A DNA stretch of 63,977 nt, filler included, from Octopus bimaculoides (GCF_001194135.2; 8 parts of 7 records of this genome joined end to end with filler, not necessarily neighbours in it), one strand, 5' to 3'; numbered from the whole stretch's first letter, positions 1-12,240 are shown. The notes: a model not told the origin generated them from the sequence alone. Numbers and translations: made by a program.

Positions 1-31
1 TGTGTGTGTGTGTGTGTATATATATATATAC

Positions 32-1108
32 ATTAGAATGGCCCTTTGTTTTTCAACTTTCTAAAAGTTTAGTTCCCGCCCTCTATCTTGTTCCTATTAA
101 CAAAAAATCAATCTCTGCAAAATTTTAGCTCAATCGAACAACTGCAATGCGACCCTTATCGACCATGAAACTTTGGAGTGTTTTTTATCTCTTTTATAAT
201 ATTCTCTTAAGTTAAGAACTTGTTCAGGTTTATTCTTAGAAAAGTGACAATAAATATAATAAACACCTATTTTTCGCCGTCATCCAGTCGGCGGTCAGCC
301 GTGAAGGAGTGAGATTGTGAGTTACGTTCGTCCATTGAAAGAATTGTACTGCACCGAATGGCAGTGTAGAGAAATAGAATATTAAGAAATATACGTTAGT
401 GATAAACAGTAAACTAATATGACTTCTCTGCGTTTGACAATGTAAGTTGATTTATTTGTAATTACTTGTAAGCACTCTTCATTTTGTTGTGGAGCATTAT
501 GATATAAATCTTCCCCTTTTGTGCTGGTAGCCCTAACAAAGTTGTAATACCATGTTTATAACTTCTCCGTTTTTATAATGTTATGTGCTTTGTATACTTA
601 TTTTCAACGCCTTAGAACAAAATTTAGAGAAGCGAGACACACAGAAATACAGCACAAATTTAACCTAAACGACTGTCAAGAATTAGAGTTGCACTGGGGT
701 GGAAAGCTCCTCCCAGCAGTCACAGGCGTTGAAAAGGTTGACAGATTGACAATAATAGTAACTTTTCAAGGCAAGGAACAATTGTTGGGAGTCCCTGAAA
801 TTCCAACATCTTCAGGAGAACAGCAAGCCATGGCTGTTTACCAAGCAGTGGAGAAGTGGGATATAACCGACAAAATTCAGGCACTTTGCTGTGATACGAT
901 AGCAAGTAACACAGGTCGAGTAAATGGTGCCTGTGCAAATCTAGAAAAATTGTCCAATCGCGACCTGTTGTACTTCCTTTGCCGTCATCATATATTTGAG
1001 TTAGTTTTTAGGAACTGTTTTGACTCACTCATGGATGCAGTTTCTGATCCAGACATAGCGTTTTTCAAAAGATTTAAAGAAACCTGAACGAAACTCAACA
1101 AGGTTTAN
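32..1108 (+). mobile_element. hAT-superfamily (hATm-like) DNA transposon fragment with transposase ORF at 578-1087, truncated by a gap
   Basis: The ORF contains DRLTIIV...EQLLGVP...ALCCDTIASNTGRVNGAC...CRHHIFEL, matching the second catalytic Asp and CxxH-type motif of this transposase family. A stop at 1085-87 indicates decay. Confidence 0.8.
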
Positions 1109-1720
1109 NNNNNNNNNNNNNNNNNNNNNNNNNNNNNNNNNNNNNNNNNNNNNNNNNNNNNNNNNNNNNNNNNNNNNNNNNNNNNNNNNNNNNNNNNNNN
1201 NNNNNNNNNNNNNNNNNNNNNNNNNNNNNNNNNNNNNNNNNNNNNNNNNNNNNNNNNNNNNNNNNNNNNNNNNNNNNNNNNNNNNNNNNNNNNNNNNNNN
1301 NNNNNNNNNNNNNNNNNNNNNNNNNNNNNNNNNNNNNNNNNNNNNNNNNNNNNNNNNNNNNNNNNNNNNNNNNNNNNNNNNNNNNNNNNNNNNNNNNNNN
1401 NNNNNNNNNNNNNNNNNNNNNNNNNNNNNNNNNNNNNNNNNNNNNNNNNNNNNNNNNNNNNNNNNNNNNNNNNNNNNNNNNNNNNNNNNNNNNNNNNNNN
1501 NNNNNNTGAGTTTTAAAGGGATTACATTATGATGGCAGTTACAATGTTTCCTCTTAATTCGATTTCAGATGCCGGCTAACCACAACGACCCTATTGTCAT
1601 TACCGAGCCAACAATATGTTGCTAGGCTCTGGTAACTTTTCTCGCTGGATAAATCTGAAAGTCCTATTCAGAACTACATGATTTCTGTAGAGTAAGTAAT
1701 ATTATTATTAATAACGATAC

Positions 1721-2012
1721 GGAGAACGGAGATTTTTCACATCCATAATTTTATCCAACAATTATTTACAGCATTCTCTACTAGACATTCGCGCGTTTCA
1801 GCTACCGTAACTGCACACCATTGGATATGCCACCTGGTGTCATGGTCGGTGCAGTTTCATCTGGGTCCTTACTATTTACCATTTCGAAGTGAGGCGTAAG
1901 AACCCTGATGAAACGGCACCGACCATGACACCAGGTTGCATATCCAACAGTGAAAAGGATGCTATAAATAACTGTTAAATAAAATTATGGATGTGAAAAT
2001 TCTCTGTTGTCC
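1721..2012. mobile_element. Fold-back MITE-like palindrome
   Basis: The left arm (ggagaacggagatttttcacatccataattttat...ttggatatgccacctggtgtcatggtcggtgcagtttcatctgggtccttac) is the reverse complement of the right arm (gtaagaaccctgatgaaacggcaccgaccatgacaccaggttgcatatccaa...aaaattatggatgtgaaaattctctgttgtcc). The loop is about 23 nt. Confidence 0.8.
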
Positions 2013-2100
2013 TTACCATCCGTTTAAAATCGTTTATTTCCTGCTTAAAGATTTGCTAAAGCCTCAAAAACGGCCAAATACTAAAAAGAAAGAAGTACGA

Positions 2101-2530
2101 TAGGCACAGGAGTGACTGTGTGGTAAGATGCTTACTTCCCAGCCACATAGTTACAGGTTCAATCCCACTGTGTGACACTTTGGGCAAGTATCTTCTACTA
2201 TAGCCTCGGGCCGACCAAAGCCTTGTGACTGAAATTGGTAGACGGAAACTGAAAGAAGCTCGTCGTGTATATATGTATATATATGTATGTATGTATGTAT
2301 TTGTTATTTGTCCCTGTTTGCCCCCCTCCCCACCATCGCTTGACAACCGATGTTGGTATGTTTACGTCCGCGTCACCTAGCGGCTCGACAAAAGGAGACC
2401 GATAGAATAAGTACTAAGCTTACAAAGAATAAGTCCTGGGGTCGATTTGTTCTACTAAAGGCGATGCTCCATCAAGGTAGTGCTCCATCATGACCGCAAT
2501 CAAATAACTGAAACAAGTAAAAGAATAAAA
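2101..2530 (+). mobile_element. tRNA-derived SINE family A (head, internal microsatellite, 3' module). Other copies or parts at about 8455-8612(+), 17945-18118(+), 26045-26225(-), 27620-27830(+), 41780-42010(+), 44530-44720(-), 47775-47990(+), 53230-53410(-), 57610-58455(-, two), 61440-61545(-), 62740-62960(+)
   Basis: A-box-like GGAGTGGCTGTGTGG and B-box GGTTCA(A/G)TCC, shared body CTTGGGCAAGTGTCTTCTACTATAGCCTCGGGCCGACCAAAGCCTTGTGAGTGGATTTGGTAGACGGAAACTGAAAGAAGCCCGTCG, and tail AAATGACTGAAACAAGTAAAAGAG, repeated throughout the window. Confidence 0.85.
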
Positions 2531-2714
2531 TAAAAAAAGGAAAATTAATAAATATGTAAAACTGAAAAAAAACAGTGCCCCCCACTCCTATATTACTAAT
2601 AACAATATGTCCTACTCAACGAAATAAACATCGGAGATGCTTTTCCCCGGGCAGAAACTGCAGGAGCTACCGAGAGGTATTGCAAGCTCTTCTAGTGACT
2701 GCATTGCAATATTC

Positions 2715-2930
2715 TTTTCTACTCTAGGCACAAATCCCGAAATTTGGGGGAGGGGATTAAGTCGATTAGACCGAGCCCAGTACGCAACTGGTACTTAATT
2801 TATCGACCCCGAAAGGATGAAAGGCAAAGTCGACTTCAGCGGCATTTGAACTCAGAAAGTAAAGACAGACGAAATGCCGCTAAGCATTTTGCTCGGCGTG
2901 CTAACGATTCTGTCAGCTCACAGCCTTACC
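2715..2930 (-). mobile_element. tRNA-derived SINE family B. Other copies at about 3815-4025(-), 6045-6180(+), 9380-9505(-), 10390-10825(-, several), 21300-21405(-), 33100-33300(-), 33640-34013(+, two), 44150-44350(-), 51555-51755(+), 52008-52225(+), 52430-52590(+)
   Basis: Repeated consensus AAGGCGGCGAGCTGGCAGAATCGTTAGCACGCCGGGCGAAATGC...GAGTTCAAATTCCGCCGAGGTCGACTTTGCCTTTCATCC...AAGTACCAG...GGGGTCGAT with A/B-box-like motifs. Confidence 0.85.
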
Positions 2931-3084
2931 TACAATAATAAATTTTAATAATAAAGGAATTATGAATATTATTTAATACGATAGCATCAATTGCTTGCGT
3001 TTTTATTATCAAACTACATTAAGGCGGCGTGCTGGCAGAATCGCATTTCTTGCTTCATTACGTTCTAAGTTTGAGCGGCAGACG

Positions 3085-3482
3085 TGTCTATGAATATGTT
3101 GTTGGCACTCCGTCGCTTACGACGTCGATGGTTCCAGTTGAACCGATCAACGGAACAGCCTGCTCGTGAAATTAACGTGCAAGTGGTTGAGCACTCCACA
3201 GACACGTCTACCCTTAACGTAGTTCTCGGGGATATTCAGCGTGACACAGTGTGACAAGGCTGACCCTTTGAAATACAGGCACAACAGAAACAGGAAGTAA
3301 GAGTGAGAGAAAGTTGTGATGAAAGAGTACAGCAGGGTTCGCCACCATCCCCTGCCGGAGCCTCGTGGAGCTTTAGGTGTTTTCGCTCAATAAACACTCA
3401 CAACGCCCGGTCTGGGAATCGAAACCGCGATCCTATGACCGCGAGTCCACTGCCCTAACCACTGGGCTATTGCGCCTCCACG
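3085..3482 (-). mobile_element. tRNA-derived SINE family C (near full length). Other copies or parts at about 7165-7228, 17829-17875, 23998-24257(-), 43455-43692(-), 58689-58749(+, head)
   Basis: The reverse complement begins GTGGAGGCGCAATAGCCCAGTGGTTAGGGCAGTGGACTCGCGGTCATAGGATCGCGGTTTCGATTCCCAGACC (tRNA-like A/B boxes) and ends in a (CAA)n tail. Near-identical copies occur elsewhere in the window. Confidence 0.85.
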
Positions 3483-4025
3483 TCTATGAATATACATACA
3501 GATGAACACACGCACGCACATACATACATTCTCTCGTTTAGATGGAACGTGGGAATATGTTCGACTTCGTTTTCTTATGTTAATTTCCGATATTGGTTTC
3601 ATTTCCGTCAGGATCAAAGGTTATGGATATATAAACATATTCATCAATGTTTATAAACAAATTAAGATTGGAGAATTATAAAGAAGAGGTCAGTAACAAA
3701 GCATTTCGATTATTTTCTTTTATCTTTCCTATTTTTTTCCTTTGTTTTTTTCTTTTGGTTTGTTTCTGTCAGGGCCCTGATTAAGCGTCTCGTCTGCCTA
3801 GCATAGCTCAGCATGTATTTAAAATACTTTCTATTATAGGCACAAGACCTGACATTTGGTGGGAGGGGTAAGTCGATTACATCGACACCAGTGAGCAACT
3901 GGTACTTATCTCATCGACCCTGAAAGTATAAAAAGTAAAATCGACATCGGCAGAATTTGAACTCAGAACGTGAAGACGAATGAAACACCGCGAAGCGTTT
4001 AACAGTTCTGTCAGCATGCTACCTC

Positions 4026-4075
<50 letters not shown>

Positions 4076-4549
4076 GAGCACTCAGCGCAAAGCTCCGCCA
4101 AGGCAACACTAACATCCTGGTTTATTGTATTAGGCACAAGGCCTCTTATAAAGATGGGACAATACAAAGACAGACAAAACAATACAGTGGGGTACACAAA
4201 ACATATAACGGATGCAATTATGAATAAATGATAAATGGGATGAAATGGCTTACCTGCCCCCACCCCACAAGCAGGCAGTTTCATTTTACTGTTTATGTAT
4301 CACAGTTCATTATTCTTATTTTTTCCCGTCATTTTTTAAAAGTCCATATTTTAAAATTTTATCCTTTTAATTTAGATTTTTATGTATTTTCGTATTAGCT
4401 ATATAGTGCAAGGGAGACAGAGAGAGATATTGCAACGACTTTGATTAAGTGTTCCGGTATTCGACTAACGAAACTGCCTATTCCTTGTATAAGAGTATAA
4501 ATAGCTGAGCATCCAGCAAACACTTCTACTGTTAAGATGGTCCTCAAGT

Positions 4550-5830
4550 AAACCCAAAATGATATTCAGTGACAAACCTGGTCTTTTGAATAATGGACAC
4601 TTTTCGTTTTTTTTTTTTTTGTTTTTGTTTTTTTTTGCTATGGTCTATACGAATAGACTGTGCTCGTAGCCATCGTAGATCGATGGGTAGGTTGCGGGAG
4701 TAGGTCGCAGTAGTTGACGACTGCAGGAAAAATATGGACATGGAGGTAATTCCGGAGGGGTGATTTTCGAGGGAGGAAGGAAAGGGCACGATGATTAGTA
4801 AAAGATCTGGTGAGGGTGACACAATACGGAGGGTGTAAAAAAAAATAAAGGAGGTGATTGGATCGGGAGTGTCCGAGTGAATGTGAAATGAGACCAGCCA
4901 ACTTTGAATAGCAGAAGCAATTGCCGTAGCAGCAGAGAGAGAGAGGAGACAGAACGTCTGGCCTACAGACATTCTCTCTTCTCTCTGGCGGAGCCACCCA
5001 ACTTTTGGTGGGTGGGGATGCAGTTAGAATGCATGTTTGTGTAACAGCAGCACCTTCCTAGCTATCAGCAGAATATCTCATTATGATTCTTGCCTGAGCT
5101 TTGTAGACAATAATTATTGAGGACTGAACAATTTTCTGTCTTTGAGGGAGAAAACGAGTCTTTGTGATGTAGTTCTGTTACGTTGAAAATGTGCATTTGC
5201 TAGGAAAGTTTCTCAATGATTGTTAGATGAAGAATTTGTAGAGATCTTGAATGTTCTTGTTGCTTGCTGTTAATATTTGGTGAGGCCTGATATTTTCTTG
5301 ATATATATAATGATTGTGGCTTTGTGTTGATCTGACACAACTGGAGGATATTTTCGAGATCTCCTGTTCATAGAATCAGTGCATTTTTTATGAGGCATCT
5401 CAGTTGCGTTCGTTAGGTATTTCTGTCTTTGCGGCAGAAAGCCAGTCTTTGTGTTGTAGTTTTGTTAGGTTGAAGATGTGCATTTGACAGGGAAGTTTCT
5501 CAATGATTGTTAGATGAAGAATTTGTAACGACTTTGAAATTTCTTGTTGCTTGCTGTTAATATTTGGTGGGATATGATATTATTTTCTTGGTATGTATAA
5601 CGATTGTGTCTTTGTGTTGGTCTAACCCAATTAGAGGATATTTTCGAGGTCTCTTGTTCATAGAATCAGTACATTTTTTATATGAGGTATCTTAGTTGCG
5701 TGTGTAAGGTATTTGGGTGCGAAAGATTAGGGAAAAATGAATGGTGGTGTCATCTACATAAGTGTGGGTATTTGGGGGTGGTGTGATGGCAAGTAGGTCG
5801 TTGATGTATAGGATGAAGAATTTGCATGAC
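4550..5830 (-). mobile_element. Degenerate non-LTR retrotransposon (CR1/Jockey-like RT) relic with a tandem duplication of about 290 bp
   Basis: The minus strand at about 5750-5815 reads ILYINDLLAITPPPNTHTYVDDTT (RT motif LYINDL...YxDD). Segments 5130-5410 and 5420-5700 are diverged direct copies. Confidence 0.5.
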
Positions 5831-6704
5831 AAAATATGAAATAAATAGCATCTTTCTGTAGCAACATTATTACGACTTCCTTCAACAAGGATATTTCACT
5901 TACATCGTTTAGCCAGTGTTGTCGCTGTTGTCTGTTTTAGTCTCTGATCGGCTTTGATCAAGCAACCTTTTGGTCAAATATATTCCAACTTTAACAATCC
6001 TCATTTTTTTTTTTATACCTAGAACAACATAATCCTAATATTTCTTCCACGTTTTTACCGCCGAGTTCAACTTTGCCTTTCATCCTTTCAGAGTCGATAA
6101 AATAAGTACCAGTCGATGTAATCCACTTACCATATCTCCCGAAATCGCTGGCCTTGTGCCAAATTTGAAAGCCAATATTCATTCCACGTTTAAGATATAA
6201 TTAAGCATGATTGGGGCCTAGATTTGGCCACTATTTCTAGCCGGTCGAGTGACCACAAAAAGTTTCCTATGTCCTTATCAAAAGCACATAAGTCACAATA
6301 TCTTAATGCTTATCCCTTTAAAATATAAATCAACCTCATTAGCTAATTTTCTACATCCTTGTGCACTACAGTACATCTACAAAATTGTCATATCAATACT
6401 TCGGCATGTATTAGAAGACTTATTAGACCTTCTTCGCTAACGAGGTCTAATAAGACTTAAACATGTTCAGAGTTAGCTTTCTTCTTTTCCTTCCTTCACT
6501 TATTCGTCTGCGGCCAAGCTGGGGCACTGCCTTGAAGGGTGTAGTCGAGCAGATAAATCCATTTTTTATTTTGTTTTGTGTTTTGGAGGAGGTTTTACTG
6601 TTGCTTTTGTTTTCTTTTGTTTTTGTAAATCTCTTACTTATTCTGTCGGTCTCTTTGCCGAGCCGCTGAGTTACGGGAACCGATTTTTTTGCCAAATGAA
6701 CACA

Positions 6705-6746
<42 letters not shown>

Positions 6747-7228
6747 ATGCTGTCTTAAAATGATATAAGACGACAATGTATAACGTGTTATTACATACAT
6801 AATGACAGTCGAGCATGGCTAAATACTTGCGATTGTAGGTCTGTTTAATCAACGCCGACCTTGGGCTATATAACAAAACTATTTATGACCCATTGCCGAC
6901 ATACCCGTTTCTGCTTCCTTTTGCCATCCATACTTTCTCCCACTACACCACCTCATTATCCCGACAATTCAGCGTACGATGCCGAACCAACGACAGAGCG
7001 TCTACATCAGGCTACTGACCACCTTTGTTGAGAGGTGGGCCACATGAGACATGACCCCTTTTCAGATGGACCGTAAAACTAAAAGAAAATTCAAGGTAAT
7101 TTTTCGTTAGAAAAATCCCGTGCGACACAGTTTGTCCATTACTGGTCTACATGATCGCTTGAAACTGGCACTCCGTCGGCTACGACGACAAGGGTTCCAG
7201 TTGATCTGATCAACGGAACAACTTGCTC

Positions 7229-8455
7229 ACGCTGACGGAGTCATTATGTTGTGGACCACTACCCATACCGCGCGGAGGAGCTAGTCCATTGTCCTCCATG
7301 AGGGAAGGTCGCAGGGCGGCCGTGCGTGGGGAGTTCACACGCCTAGCCTGACCTGCGGGCCCCGTCCCTGATCCGCTGGCCACCAGTTTTACGGCGCCTG
7401 GCTGCCGTATGTTTTGGAACTTTTGTTTTTCCATTTTAATTTATTTAGCGGCAATTTCCATGAGCATATGGCTGAAACGATTAAGTTGAACTTAAAGAAG
7501 GTGCGAAACCCACCCCCCAAGATAAGCAAACATACCACCAACCAACCATCTAGAGTACCCACCGACCAACTGACTAACACCAGAGTGTGTACTACGGAGG
7601 GCTCTGCCTGGTAGTGCATCCACCGGCCGTCAGTTGTTTGTTCTGACAGAGCAAAGCCTGGCAGTGCATCCACCTACCGGAAACAGCGAGTCATAACACA
7701 CTAGACGCCAAAAACGCATCATGGCGGCGCATCCACCCACAGGTAGGTCATAACATATCAGACAAACCCGGTGGCGCATCCACCCGCTGAAAACACAGCA
7801 GGTCATAACTCACCGGGCTCCACTCACCACCAACACCGGGTCATAACGTACCAGGCATTGCCAACCGGGCCTAATCGCATCTACCGGTCCCTAAACAGGA
7901 ACCGCCCGACATGCCAAAGAACCTCCCAAACAAGACTAAACAAGAAAAACCTGAGAACGATCCACCCAAACAACCAAGGAACCCCTATGTTGTATGATAC
8001 TGGTGAATCGCACCAGTAAACAACTACAGTCCCGTTGGGAACCAACGCGACACTACACTGGCATCTAACTAGCCGGCTCGGGACATCTAGAAGGCAAACC
8101 AGCGGAAGTATACCTACCCTAGCAGGGAGGCCTACACTTCCCAATCAGGATCACCCATACACTGCATGGTCCCCACCAAATAAATTGGCACCGCTATGGG
8201 GGAAAAGAAGAACACGTTTAGTTTGTCCAAAGTGAGGGGACCAATCCGGCATGGTTGAACCTACCGGCACAGCTCCCCACACGGACGTAAGCTCTTTCAC
8301 CGCGACAAGATAGTGTTCATAAGGATAAAGCCTGGCAGTACATCCAGCTACCCGAAACAGCGAGTCATAACACACTAGACGCCAAGAACAAGCGTCATGG
8401 TGGCGCATCCACCCACTGAGTCAAGCAGGTCATAGCGCACCAGGCCTCACGAAAG
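7229..8455. mobile_element. Unclassified GC-rich interspersed element with iterated GCATCC...CATAAC units and a direct repeat of about 90 bp
   Basis: GC content jumps abruptly between a SINE C fragment and a SINE A fragment. Segment 7652-7740 is repeated at 8325-8414. No recognisable protein. Confidence 0.45.
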
Positions 8456-8614
8456 AGTCTTCTACTTTTGCCTCGGGCCTTGTGAATGGATTTGGTAGAC
8501 AGAAACTGAAAGAAGCCCGTCGTATATATGTATATAAGTCCTGGGGTCAATTTGTTTGACTAAAGGCAGTGCTCCAGCATGGCCGCAGTCAAATGACTGA
8601 AAGAAATAAAAGAA

Positions 8615-9193
8615 TAAATCTCTCTCAAATCGCACCCCTACTGTCTTAAAAAAAGATACATTAAATAACATGGGCCGATGAACCTTACACATAGAGAAGG
8701 AGACGAGATGAACTTTGACCGTATGTCTGTTCGATAGAGACTGACCTTAGTCTTCTCAACAACAAAAAGAATAAACATGCTAANNNNNNNNNNNNNNNNN
8801 NNNNNNNNNNNNNNNNNNNNNNNNNNNNNNNNNNNNNNNNNNNNNNNNNNNNNNNNNNNNNNNNNNNNNNNNNNNNNNNNNNNNNNNNNNNNNNNNNNNN
8901 NNNNNNNNNNNNNNNNNNNNNNNNNNNNNNNNNNNNNNNNNNNNNNNNNNNNNNNNNNNNNNNNNNNNNNNNNNNNNNNNNNNNNNNNNNNNNNNNNNNN
9001 NNNNNNNNNNNNNNNNNNNNNNNNNNNNNNNNNNNNNNNNNNNNNNNNNNNNNNNNNNNNNNNNNNNNNNNNNNNNNNNNNNNNNNNNNNNNNNNNNNNN
9101 NNNNNNNNNNNNNNNNNNNNNNNNNNNNNNNNNNNNNNNNNNNNNNNNNNNNNNNNNNNNNNNNNNNNNNNNNNNNNNNNNNNNNNNNNNNNN

Positions 9194-9228
<35 letters not shown>

Positions 9229-9324
9229 TGTTGTCTCTTGAGGTCTCTGGGTGAGACTTGGATCCAACTTGTACAAATGCAAAACAAAAGTCAAACTAAT
9301 AATAATAATAACAACAACAACAAC

Positions 9325-9363
<39 letters not shown>

Positions 9364-9770
9364 CATAATAATAATAATAATGGTTTCAAATTTTGGCACA
9401 AGCCCAGCAATTTTGGGTAGGGTAAGTCGATTACATCGACTCCAGTGCTTAACTGCTATCTATTTTATCGGCTCCAAAAGGATGACAGGCAAAGTCGATT
9501 TCGGTGGACCATAGTACTAAAAGAAAATTCAAAGTAATTTTTCGTTGGAAAAATACCGTAGGCCGCAGTTTGCTTGACCTGCTATAAGTAACTACCAAAT
9601 CTCCCTCAAATCACACCCCTACCGTCTTAGAAAAAGTTACATTAAATAAAAGTAACATGAACTTGTGTTCCTTACACATAGAAGAAAAGACGTGATGAAC
9701 TTTGATCGTGTGTCTGTTCGATAGAGACTGACCAGAGTCTTCTCAACAACAAAATGAATAACCGCATTAA
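8615..9770 (+). repeat. Clustered copies of repeat family D (8615-8785, 9505-9770; part also at 7070-7160)
   Basis: Shared AAATCTC(C/T)CTCAAATC(A/G)CACCCCTAC...GATGAACTTTGA(T/C)CGT(G/A)TGTCTGTTCGATAGAGACTGACC...GTCTTCTCAACAACAAAA, and shared GGACC(G/A)TA...ACTAAAAGAAAATTCAA(G/A)GTAATTTTTCGTT(A/G)GAAAAAT. Confidence 0.6.
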
Positions 9771-10924
9771 TAATTTTTTTCCATTCAATCCACCTGATCA
9801 TTACTATATGACTCCCCTCCCACTCCTCATCTTCATTCCTGCAGTCACTGACCAATAGATTCTTGAAAACGACATCAACCATGCTAATGTCATTTCGACA
9901 ATAGTATATGAACGACCTTTGCCTGCTGAACTCAGAACTCAACACATGTAAGTTCAGACACTGTAACCACTTCCTCAATCTCCAGTTTGTACCGTATCCA
10001 CCCCCATCCACCCCACCTGATTTCAAACTAAACAATTTGTCAACCTTTCTTTCTCAGCACTGTACGTTTTGAAAAATGATTTCCTTACCTTTTATCTTTT
10101 ACCTGTTTCAGTCATTGGACTGCGGCCAGAATTTCTTAATTGAATGAATCGCCCCCAGTTGATTGGCTGCTCTTTCTAGCAGATCGACTGTTCGTCTACA
10201 GGCTTTTTTGTTGGCTCGTAAATTTTTCCTTCATTTATCCAAGACTATTCCTGCTGATGCAGTAGATAACACATTACATCAGCTTTTTAAGTTTCACGTT
10301 GATAATGTAACTACTACTGCTACAACTATTGCTGCTGCAGGTGGTGATGCTAATTTTCAATGCAAAGCAATTAGCCAAATGATAATTCTTTCTAATTTTG
10401 GCACAAGGCCAGCAATTTTAGAGGGAAAGGAGTCGAATACATCGATCCTAGTACTTGAATGGTGTATATTATTATCGACCCCAAAAGAATGAAAGGCAGA
10501 CTTGACCTCGGCAGAATTTGAACTCAAAATATAAAACAGACGAAATGTTGCAAAGGAATTTTGAGGGAAGGGGCAAGTCGATTACATTGACCCCAGTGCT
10601 CAACTGGTACTTATTTTATCGATCCCGAAAAGCAAAGTCTACATCAGCGGAATTTGAACTCGGAACATAAAGACGGATGAAATGCCACTAAGCATTTTGT
10701 CCGCCATGCTAACAATTTTTCCAGATCACCTCCTTAATAATAATGGTTTCAAAATTTGGTACAAGGCCAGCAATTTCGAGGGATGGGGTAAGTCGATTAC
10801 GTTGCCCCATTGTTCTGACCCCTGNNNNNNNNNNNNNNNNNNNNNNNNNNNNNNNNNNNNNNNNNNNNTTAATTAATTAANNNNNNNNNNNNNNNNNNNN
10901 NNNNNNNNNNNNNNNNNNNNNNNN

Positions 10925-10978
<54 letters not shown>

Positions 10979-10999
10979 TACGTTCTTGCATATAAAGAG

Positions 11000-12191
11000 A
11001 GAGAAAGAGAGGAGGAGAAGATAGAGAGAGAGAGAGAATATTAGAAAAGAAGGAAAAACGAGAAAAGAAACAAAGAAAGAGGAGAAGAAAGGAAAAAGAC
11101 AGAAGATTAGAAAATGTACAGAGAAAGATAAAAAAATGATGGAAAGAAAGTGAAGAAAATCATTAAATTTTCGTATTCTTTCATATTTTGTAAATATATT
11201 CACATATAAACATGTGTGCGTATATATATTTATATATATATATAACTCTGCAGAAGTAGTACAATGAATGTATTGAGAGGTTTTCGTTTCGAATTACTAA
11301 AGAAATGTGACGTTTGAAAAGTAAACGATGAGAAAACATGGGTAGAAAAAGAGAGGTTGTGCGAGAGTGAAAGAGAGACAAAGACAGAAACAGTGACAAA
11401 CAGAGAGATATGCTTAGATTAAGAAATTTAGGGTAGATGAGAAACTAGAAAGAAGAAAAAGAAAACAGTATGATAGAAAAATGAGTGTATGTGATCGAAA
11501 GTGTGCTAGAAAAGAGAGACGTAGATAGATAGAGAGAGGCGTAGATAGATAGAGAGAGAGAGGGAGACGTAGATAGATAGAGATAGATATGTAGATAGAG
11601 AGTGAGAAAGAAGCGAATAGAGAAAGAGATGTAGATATATAGAGGAAATAGAGAGACACGGAGTGCTGCATAGACAAGAGAAAGACTGGTGTGAAAAGTG
11701 ATGAAAAAAGAAAGAAACAAAGTTGTGAAAGAGAGAAAAAGAGAAATATGTTTGCGTGTGAGAAAGTGTGAAAGAATAGAAAGAGAGAGATGTATGGAGA
11801 GAGTGATGGCAACAAAAAGAGAAGTGAAAGTGAATGAGTGAATCGCAGAAATGTAAACATACAGAGAAGTGAAACAAACATGGAAAGAGACAGAGAGAGA
11901 GAGAAAAAGATACAGGTAGACGGATTGAAGCAAAGCGAGAAACAGTTAGAGAAGATAATAAAGAAGAAGAAAAAACAAAGTTGTGATAGAGGAAAAAGGG
12001 AGAGATGTTTGTTGTGTGACAGAAAAGAGAGAAAGACGTGTAGAGAGGAAGATTGCGAAAGAGAGATTCGTAAGCGGTAGACAGCGAGAGAGAGAGAGAG
12101 AGAGAGAGAAAGATTTAGGCAGAAAGAAATAAACACAGAGAGAAAGATACACAGCGATAAAAGAAACACAAGGAGAGAAAGCGTGATACGG

Positions 12192-12230
<39 letters not shown>

Positions 12231-12240
12231 CAAAGAGCGC
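11000..12240. repeat. Purine-rich (AG/AGAT/AAAG) low-complexity tract
   Basis: Visible degenerate AG/GATA repeats; these generate spurious S/L/F-rich ORFs. Confidence 0.85.

Noticed and set aside
1569-1692. Apparent exon bounded by tttcAG and GTAAGT
   Set aside because: All three plus-strand frames contain stops.
3400-3482. tRNA-like sequences (SINE C head here and at 58689; SINE G head with a GTT anticodon-like loop at 46203-46270)
   Set aside because: They are heads of multi-copy SINEs, lack proper acceptor stems and run straight into SINE bodies; not tRNA genes.
7640-7700. GAAAC-AGCGA-GUC with upstream CUGACAGA as a hammerhead
   Set aside because: The core spacing is wrong, stems I and II do not form, and the second copy at 8350 lacks the CUGA strand.
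7650-8440. CRISPR-like appearance of repeat/spacer units
   Set aside because: Eukaryotic context, two short motifs rather than one 25-45 bp repeat, irregular spacing, one block duplicated, and no cas genes.
9780-10040. Possible LINE RT remnant in ORF 9637-10035
   Set aside because: No convincing RT motif could be read in any frame.
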